From assembly GCF_965279485.1 (NCBI RefSeq), contig NZ_CBDIIC010000001.1:1512016-1576015 (forward strand): DNA of 64,000 nucleotides, written 5' to 3'. This document shows positions 58,721 through 64,000 of the stretch, piece after piece (within the stretch, counting starts at the first letter, position 1; each line of letters starts with the position of its first letter). The notes beneath the pieces are model-generated. The model was not told where the DNA came from, did no database searches, and saw only the letters and a list, made by a program, of their open reading frames with translations. A program made the position numbers and the translations under genes. This DNA comes from Lacipirellula sp. GTDB taxonomy: Bacteria; Planctomycetota; Planctomycetia; Pirellulales; Lacipirellulaceae.

Positions 58721-59737
58721 ATGGCGCATGACGGGAGAGACAACTTGTACGACGGTGACAGCACTCCCCCTGACTTTGTTGCAACTGGCGAGCGAATTCG
58801 CGTCAAAATCGAAGACCTCTTCTCCAAATACCACACCACGGATTTGCCTCGGGACATTGGGGCTGTGGCCGACTACTTCTCTCATGTCGCAGACGCGATC
58901 GACTATGATCGACTCGAAATCAGGAGTAACCGAGTCCTATTAGGCTATTTCGATACGGTGATGCTTTGGCTGCGTGACAGCCTGCTCGCCTATCCTGATT
59001 CAATTGGTGAACAGGTTTTCTCTCTCGCCCAAGAGAAGCAGCTTCCCGAGGTTATTGGGCTCTTTGCGAATCTCTCCGAACGTCATCTCAGCTACATTCG
59101 GCGCCGGGCGATCTATGGGCGGCTACCGGCCCTTCTGTATATGTTCAGCCGGTTTGCGATTGTTCCGGGCAATGATAGCGAATACGTCACGTCACCAAAG
59201 TTGCTTGACGCGAAAATGGGCCTCAAGCGACTCTCGCAGATTCTTCGCTACGCGGCGTCGATGGAAGTTGTCGAATACGACGAGACGTTTCAGGCATTTC
59301 GGCAACACTACGACCCGAACTTGGTTAACAAGAGCAAGGTGTTGAGCCTTATTCATCTACTAAGGGTGCAAGTTGAAGCGACGCCGGATGAGGCCCATCA
59401 GAAACTCATCCTGAGCAAACTAGAATCAATCGAAGCGGAACTTAAGAAATCTAAAGTCCGCTGGAGTGCTGTGTTCACAGGGTTGATTGTAATTCTCGGG
59501 TTCTTAGCCGACCTCAAGAGCGTCGCGCCGAACGTGTATGACAAGTCTGTCCAGACTGTTGAGGCTATTCTTCACGTCCTTAAAACAGATGGTATGGTGC
59601 AAAATTCCCGAGGTGACTTGCTTCTCGATCACAAGGATTCATCCGATCGCAAGCCGACGGATGGAATACCTGACAACAACGCGATTCTGACTGAACCAGT
59701 AAGGCCGAAGGACGACGACGAACAAGACGAAGAGTAA
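58721..59737 (+). CDS. Hypothetical helical protein with a hydrophobic C-terminal segment (island cassette gene 1)
   Basis: ~338-aa ORF; WSAVFTGLIVILGFLADL segment; acidic tail. Confidence 0.75.
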   Translation: MAHDGRDNLYDGDSTPPDFVATGERIRVKIEDLFSKYHTTDLPRDIGAVADYFSHVADAIDYDRLEIRSNRVLLGYFDTVMLWLRDSLLAYPDSIGEQVFSLAQEKQLPEVIGLFANLSERHLSYIRRRAIYGRLPALLYMFSRFAIVPGNDSEYVTSPKLLDAKMGLKRLSQILRYAASMEVVEYDETFQAFRQHYDPNLVNKSKVLSLIHLLRVQVEATPDEAHQKLILSKLESIEAELKKSKVRWSAVFTGLIVILGFLADLKSVAPNVYDKSVQTVEAILHVLKTDGMVQNSRGDLLLDHKDSSDRKPTDGIPDNNAILTEPVRPKDDDEQDEE

Positions 59738-59771
59738 TTCCCGAACTGCCTATTCTCGCGAGTCACAAGCC

Positions 59772-60005
59772 ATGGGTACGTTTCGCTTTGACGGCAACAA
59801 ATCCGTCGATGACAACTTGGACTCATTTTTTGAGCATCTCAAGGGTGTCAATGCTGAATTCTCGGCAATTCTGAGAGAGGAAATCGGCACGATGATTCCG
59901 CTACCTGAGGGGCAGCGTCGCACAACGGCCCGCACAGCGTTCAGCACAGCGGTCGCTCGGAAATTGGACGGCGAGAAGGGCAGTGCCGCGGAGGCGAAGT
60001 CGTAA
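59772..60005 (+). CDS. Small hypothetical protein (77 aa; island cassette gene 2)
   Basis: Fills the gap between two genes; stop is 1 nt before the ATPase ATG and its 3' end contains that gene's GGAGG. Confidence 0.7.
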   Translation: MGTFRFDGNKSVDDNLDSFFEHLKGVNAEFSAILREEIGTMIPLPEGQRRTTARTAFSTAVARKLDGEKGSAAEAKS

Positions 60006-60006
60006 C

Positions 60007-62511
60007 ATGCCTCGTTACCTGCTTGCCCGACTCAAAATTGACGGCTTCCGCGGTATCAATAACCATGCTGAGCCTCTGGACTTGCGTTTCAAAACCAACG
60101 CCATTAATTCCGTCTTCGGAACCAACGGTCTCGGCAAAAGCTCGATCTTTGACGCTCTGTCGTATGCGATTCGCGGCTGTATTCCAAAGTTAGACGACCT
60201 TCCGGATAGCGACGGTGCGATTGACTACTACTGCAACCTTTTTCATCCAACCGGCACGGCCACGCTAAATCTGACACTATCCCCCGACGATGGCTCGACA
60301 GACATCGAGCTTTGCGTCACTCGCACTTCGGCAGGACAATGCAACGTCACTTCACCGTCAGGCTACGCTGCCCCAGAGCAGCTTTTGCGGTCGCTCAGTG
60401 GGGACTTTGTTCTTCTTGATCAGGGTGCATTTCAGCGTTTCGTTGATGATTCGCCGTTGAAGCGAGGCAGGACGTTCTCAGGGCTCCTGGGCTTGTCGAA
60501 ATTGTCGGAATACCGACAAGCACTGGCCGTCGTTTCCAACCGAGGCAACGTCGGCAATGACTTTCATCTCGCAACACTGGAGACCCAGAAGGATGGCCAC
60601 CGCACTCAATTAAACGCAGCCCATACTCGCATAAGAGAGAATTATCTGCCGCTGCTTGGTGCGGCTCTACCGGACCCTATGGACTGCAATAACGTGCTGC
60701 AAAAGGCTTCGGTCGCATTGTCTGGAGTTGCGTTGGTTGGCGAGCATTTCAAGTCGAAAAGCGTCGACAAAGTAGACTTCGATGCCGTACGAAAGGTTAT
60801 CAAGGGTGCTGAGATGGGGGATGAGCGGCAACGCTTGTCGAACCTGATTCAGTCAATAGCATCACTGGCCAAGCTGGCTCCAGGCGAAACGGAAGCTACA
60901 GAAGTAGCGTCTCTAGGTGAGCTAATCGAAAAGAGAGCAGACGCTCTCGCAAAAACGGGCGGAGCTAAGCTGGAGAGCGTATATAGTGCGGTCGCCAGCC
61001 TCCTAGAGTCAGGGGAGTGGGAGTTTCCGAACAAGTGCCCAGCCTGCGACGCCGAGCGTGAGTTCCCCATTTTGGACCACGTTAACGAGAGGCTATCCCA
61101 CTACGAAACGGCCAACGAATGCCTAACGCAAATCACGGAACTCTGGACAACGGCAGCTTTCGTCCTTCGCACGCGTCGACTTGAGTCCTTAGATGCAATG
61201 GCCATTCCGACTGAGGACCGCAAATTCGACGCTATAGATTCCAAAATCCGCATCGGTGCCATTGATGGCATCACAGTTGCAAAAGTAGTTGAGGCTGTCA
61301 GCGGTGTTGAGCTGAACCGGACCGATCGGGTTAAGGGTTTGGAAGCGGAGCGGGATGAGTTGGAGGGAAAGTTACCTCAATCACTCGTCGAACTAACCAC
61401 ACAAGTTGAACGTGCCGCTGCTATTGAGAAGGATGTAGCCGCTTACAAGCAGCAACAGAAGCAGGAAGCGGCCGTAGCAACGAAGCTGGAGCGACGGACG
61501 AAATGGCAAGAGTTCATCAAATCAGCCTCCGACGACTTTTCGGAAGCGGAAGTAGCACTCTCAACCGCGACCGCCACGGCCGTTGAAAGCGACTATCGCG
61601 AAATGTATGGGGCGATTACGAACAACCCAGACGTTGTACCGGCCTTGAGACGTGCCGGCGGCAGCGAAGAGTTACACCTACGCCTTGAGAAGTTTTATAC
61701 GTTGAACGATCGCTCGGCTTCGACGTTACTGCAAGAGAGCTACCGTAACGCACTTGCGATCTCAATTTTCCTGAGCACTGCACTTAAGTCGAAGTCGCCG
61801 GCACGGTTTATTGTTTTCGATGACATAACATCCAGCTTTGATGCTGGCCACCAATTCGCTCTCATGGAGTTGTTGAGAACGAGAGTAGGCCTACCGGCAA
61901 ACAATCAAGGGCCGCAAGTCATTCTCCTAAGTCACGATGGCTTGTTGGAGAAGTACTTTGACAAGCTATCTGGCGGCACAGACTGGCATCATCAACGGCT
62001 TCAAGGCTCGCCGCCGTGCGGTGCTGTTCTCAGTCAATCCCAAGATGCAGGACGGCTAAAAGCCCTCGCCACGCAACTCTTAACTGCCGGTCAAATTGAT
62101 TTAGCGGAGCACTTGGTTCGTCAGTATCTGGAGTACATGCTGCTCCAAATAATTAGCAAGGTCCGCATTCCCGTGCCACTCGATTTTTCGATTCGCGACG
62201 ACCGGAAGATGGTCGATAACGCGTTGGGTGCAATTAAGGAAGCCGTTGATTTATGCCAGCAAGCTAACGTGTTGGTTATAGATCCTACTCAATCAGCGAA
62301 GCTCATGAACATAATCGTACCTGCTATGGTTGCGAACTCTCTATCGCACTACGCGACTGGCGTGAAGACGCATCTGACCGCTCAAGTCCTGTCTGGATTG
62401 CTGCAAAATGTGGATGACTTCTCCGATTGCTTCTGCTACGACTGCCAGTGCAGCGGATCGACTCAGCGGAGGTATTACAAGTCGCTCACTAAGAAGCATT
62501 GTCCGTGCTAA
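60007..62511 (+). CDS. Rad50/RloC-like ABC ATPase with zinc hook and HEPN-like C-terminal domain (island cassette gene 3)
   Basis: LKIDGFRGI, Walker A GTNGLGKS, CPAC in the coiled coil, degenerate signature LQESYR, Walker B IVFDDITSSFD, H-loop LLSHD, then VRQYLE...NSLSH. Confidence 0.8.
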   Translation: MPRYLLARLKIDGFRGINNHAEPLDLRFKTNAINSVFGTNGLGKSSIFDALSYAIRGCIPKLDDLPDSDGAIDYYCNLFHPTGTATLNLTLSPDDGSTDIELCVTRTSAGQCNVTSPSGYAAPEQLLRSLSGDFVLLDQGAFQRFVDDSPLKRGRTFSGLLGLSKLSEYRQALAVVSNRGNVGNDFHLATLETQKDGHRTQLNAAHTRIRENYLPLLGAALPDPMDCNNVLQKASVALSGVALVGEHFKSKSVDKVDFDAVRKVIKGAEMGDERQRLSNLIQSIASLAKLAPGETEATEVASLGELIEKRADALAKTGGAKLESVYSAVASLLESGEWEFPNKCPACDAEREFPILDHVNERLSHYETANECLTQITELWTTAAFVLRTRRLESLDAMAIPTEDRKFDAIDSKIRIGAIDGITVAKVVEAVSGVELNRTDRVKGLEAERDELEGKLPQSLVELTTQVERAAAIEKDVAAYKQQQKQEAAVATKLERRTKWQEFIKSASDDFSEAEVALSTATATAVESDYREMYGAITNNPDVVPALRRAGGSEELHLRLEKFYTLNDRSASTLLQESYRNALAISIFLSTALKSKSPARFIVFDDITSSFDAGHQFALMELLRTRVGLPANNQGPQVILLSHDGLLEKYFDKLSGGTDWHHQRLQGSPPCGAVLSQSQDAGRLKALATQLLTAGQIDLAEHLVRQYLEYMLLQIISKVRIPVPLDFSIRDDRKMVDNALGAIKEAVDLCQQANVLVIDPTQSAKLMNIIVPAMVANSLSHYATGVKTHLTAQVLSGLLQNVDDFSDCFCYDCQCSGSTQRRYYKSLTKKHCPC

Positions 62512-62590
62512 CATGCTCCGCCCGCGTGGCCTGCCTCAAAATTTAAGAAGAACCTGCCTCCGGCCGCTTGCTCATGCTTGGCGGCTGGGG

Positions 62591-63058
62591 TTACTCAAAG
62601 TTGAGCACGCCGAATCCGTTCAAATGCCTGCGAACGTGAGCGTCTCGTGCCCGCGCGGCTTCTAGTGGCGTGTCGTAGTAGCCGATGTGCTGCCTGACAC
62701 CGTCAATGGTGATCTGGGATCTCCACTTGTCGCCGTGCTTAGTGACGCCGATGTAGCCGCTCGTGTTGTGGCACCCCTTCGGTATGTTGTGACGCTGCTG
62801 AACTCTGGTAGCCGAACGAAGATTGGCGGAGCGATTGTCTAGCGGCTGGCGGTTCCGATGATCCACCCGCCGGCCTCCAGACAAATCAAGCCCCATCAAC
62901 TCAGCTACGATGTGATACAACGCTTGGTAGCTCTCAGTTCCGTCTTCGCGTCGAACCTTCCGGACTGGTCGAAACGAGCCCGAATACGAGCACCGCACCG
63001 CGTGCCACTAGGGGTAACGCGAGAACATCGCATTGAAGGCCCTAGAAGCCTCCCTCAC
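62591..63058 (-). pseudogene. HNH endonuclease-AP2 domain gene, N-terminally disrupted
   Basis: YHIVAE...VDHRNRQPLDNRSANLR (HNH) plus NTSGYIGV...KWRSQI...IGYYDTPLEAARARD (AP2); in-frame TAG at 63008-63010 within SRYP*WHA. Confidence 0.75.
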
Positions 63059-63193
63059 ACTCCCCAGCTATGACCGGCGGCTCTGGCAGGATTGCAATTA
63101 GCGTCGCAGGCACGGCTCTGAGAGCGCCAAGCCTACTATAAGTTGCGTCTAGAATGACTTGGACGGAGATTGAAGCCCCCCCGAGAGGTAAGA

Positions 63194-63588
63194 ATGAGCA
63201 CTCCTTCAACTGGTTCCGAACGTGTGCGGCCCTTCTTGCCAGTCCGCGACTACGACCTGTCGAAGCGGTTCTACGAGGCCCTGGGGTTCGAGATAGTCCT
63301 CGACGGTGAGGCCGCGATCTTCAACGCCGGCTCCGGAGGCTTTATCCTCCAGCGTTACTACCAGAAGGAGTGGGCCGAGAATACGATGCTGCAGCTGTTG
63401 GTCGACGACTTCAACGCCCGGTGGCCCACATCCAAGATCTCGACCTGCCGTCCAAGCCCCCAAGCCCCCAAGCCGCCAGCGCTGCAGCGTTGCAGCGTTG
63501 GGGACAGCGCAGGTGCTACATTAATGATCCGTGCGCGGTGCTCTGGCATGTGTGCCAAAGTCGCGATTCGCAAGTTCAGGACGCGTAA
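63194..63588 (+). pseudogene. VOC/glyoxalase family gene with frameshifts
   Basis: RPFLPVRDYDLSKRFYEALGF...WAENTMLQLLVDD in one frame; AHIQDLDLP and LQRWG..CYINDPCAVLWHV in another frame. Confidence 0.8.
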
Positions 63589-63718
63589 CGCTCCGCGCAC
63601 GCGTTACGATATGCGTCCACCCAGGGTATCGCGTTGGAACTAGTAGTACCGGAACCACCGACATCCCGGCTAGTCACAGCTGCTTTTTTGAACCCGGTGC
63701 GCGCCGCGACAGGCCAAG

Positions 63719-64000
63719 CTACTTCAGCCTGATCAAATCACGACGCGAATCTCGAAAAAGCCTCCGAGCAAATCGGTCTTCGTAAATCCAATTAGCCGCT
63801 AATTCGTTGAATACCCGATTGACCGGCCACTGCAAGCAGTTTCCCAATTCAATCAACTTTCCATACGATGACTCGTCCATCACTGGTACCCAACGCGAAT
63901 TCCCGCTCTTCGCCGGACATAGACAAACAAATGTTACGATGCTGAATTGACTCATCAAAAAGCGTTTCCTGCGTCTGCCAAATGTTGTTATCCGGGTCTC
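63719..64000 (-). CDS. Possible 3' end of a gene entering from beyond the window
   Basis: The frame of ORF 63719-63958 stays open to position 64000; no recognisable motif. Confidence 0.3.
   Translation of the reverse strand, partial: ETRITTFGRRRKRFLMSQFSIVTFVCLCPAKSGNSRWVPVMDESSYGKLIELGNCLQWPVNRVFNELAANWIYEDRFARRLFRDSRRDLIRLK

Larger units (their letters stand above)
57492..64000. mobile_element. Putative genomic island integrated in tRNA-Arg(CCU), continuing beyond the window
   Basis: Begins at the split tRNA; visibly lower GC; hypothetical, defence-like and phage-like genes; pseudogenes. No integrase within the window. Confidence 0.75.

Overview
High-GC bacterial chromosome segment, very probably a planctomycete (Pirellulales/Lacipirellula-like). 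This is inferred from the LEDRRVMA extracellular signal, RFxxSLRR N-termini, PQQ-like propellers, PEP-CTERM/dockerin-like tails and TAT-exported TIM-barrel and Gfo/Idh/MocA proteins. Bases 1-57,450 are ordinary core and accessory genes: prkA-yeaH, an HtrA protease, ALDH, HD-GYP, a yhaO/yhaN-like nuclease-ATPase pair, a TetR-devBCA-type exporter, dihydropyrimidinase, a 1573-aa kexin-like S8 protease, icd, a histone-H1-like protein and a transglutaminase/ATP-grasp/alpha-E operon. The left ~33 kb carries many different palindromic REP-like repeat families; one sits at every devBCA junction and one is translated as part of DevA. At 57,454-57,491 a tRNA-Arg(CCU) gene stops exactly at the end of its anticodon loop. 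It is followed by visibly lower-GC DNA that runs past the window end, interpreted as a genomic island. The island carries a tightly linked three-gene cassette ending in a Rad50/RloC-like zinc-hook ABC ATPase with a HEPN-like tail (candidate undescribed defence system), plus decayed HNH-AP2 and VOC genes. All family calls come from motif recognition by eye; no database search was run.
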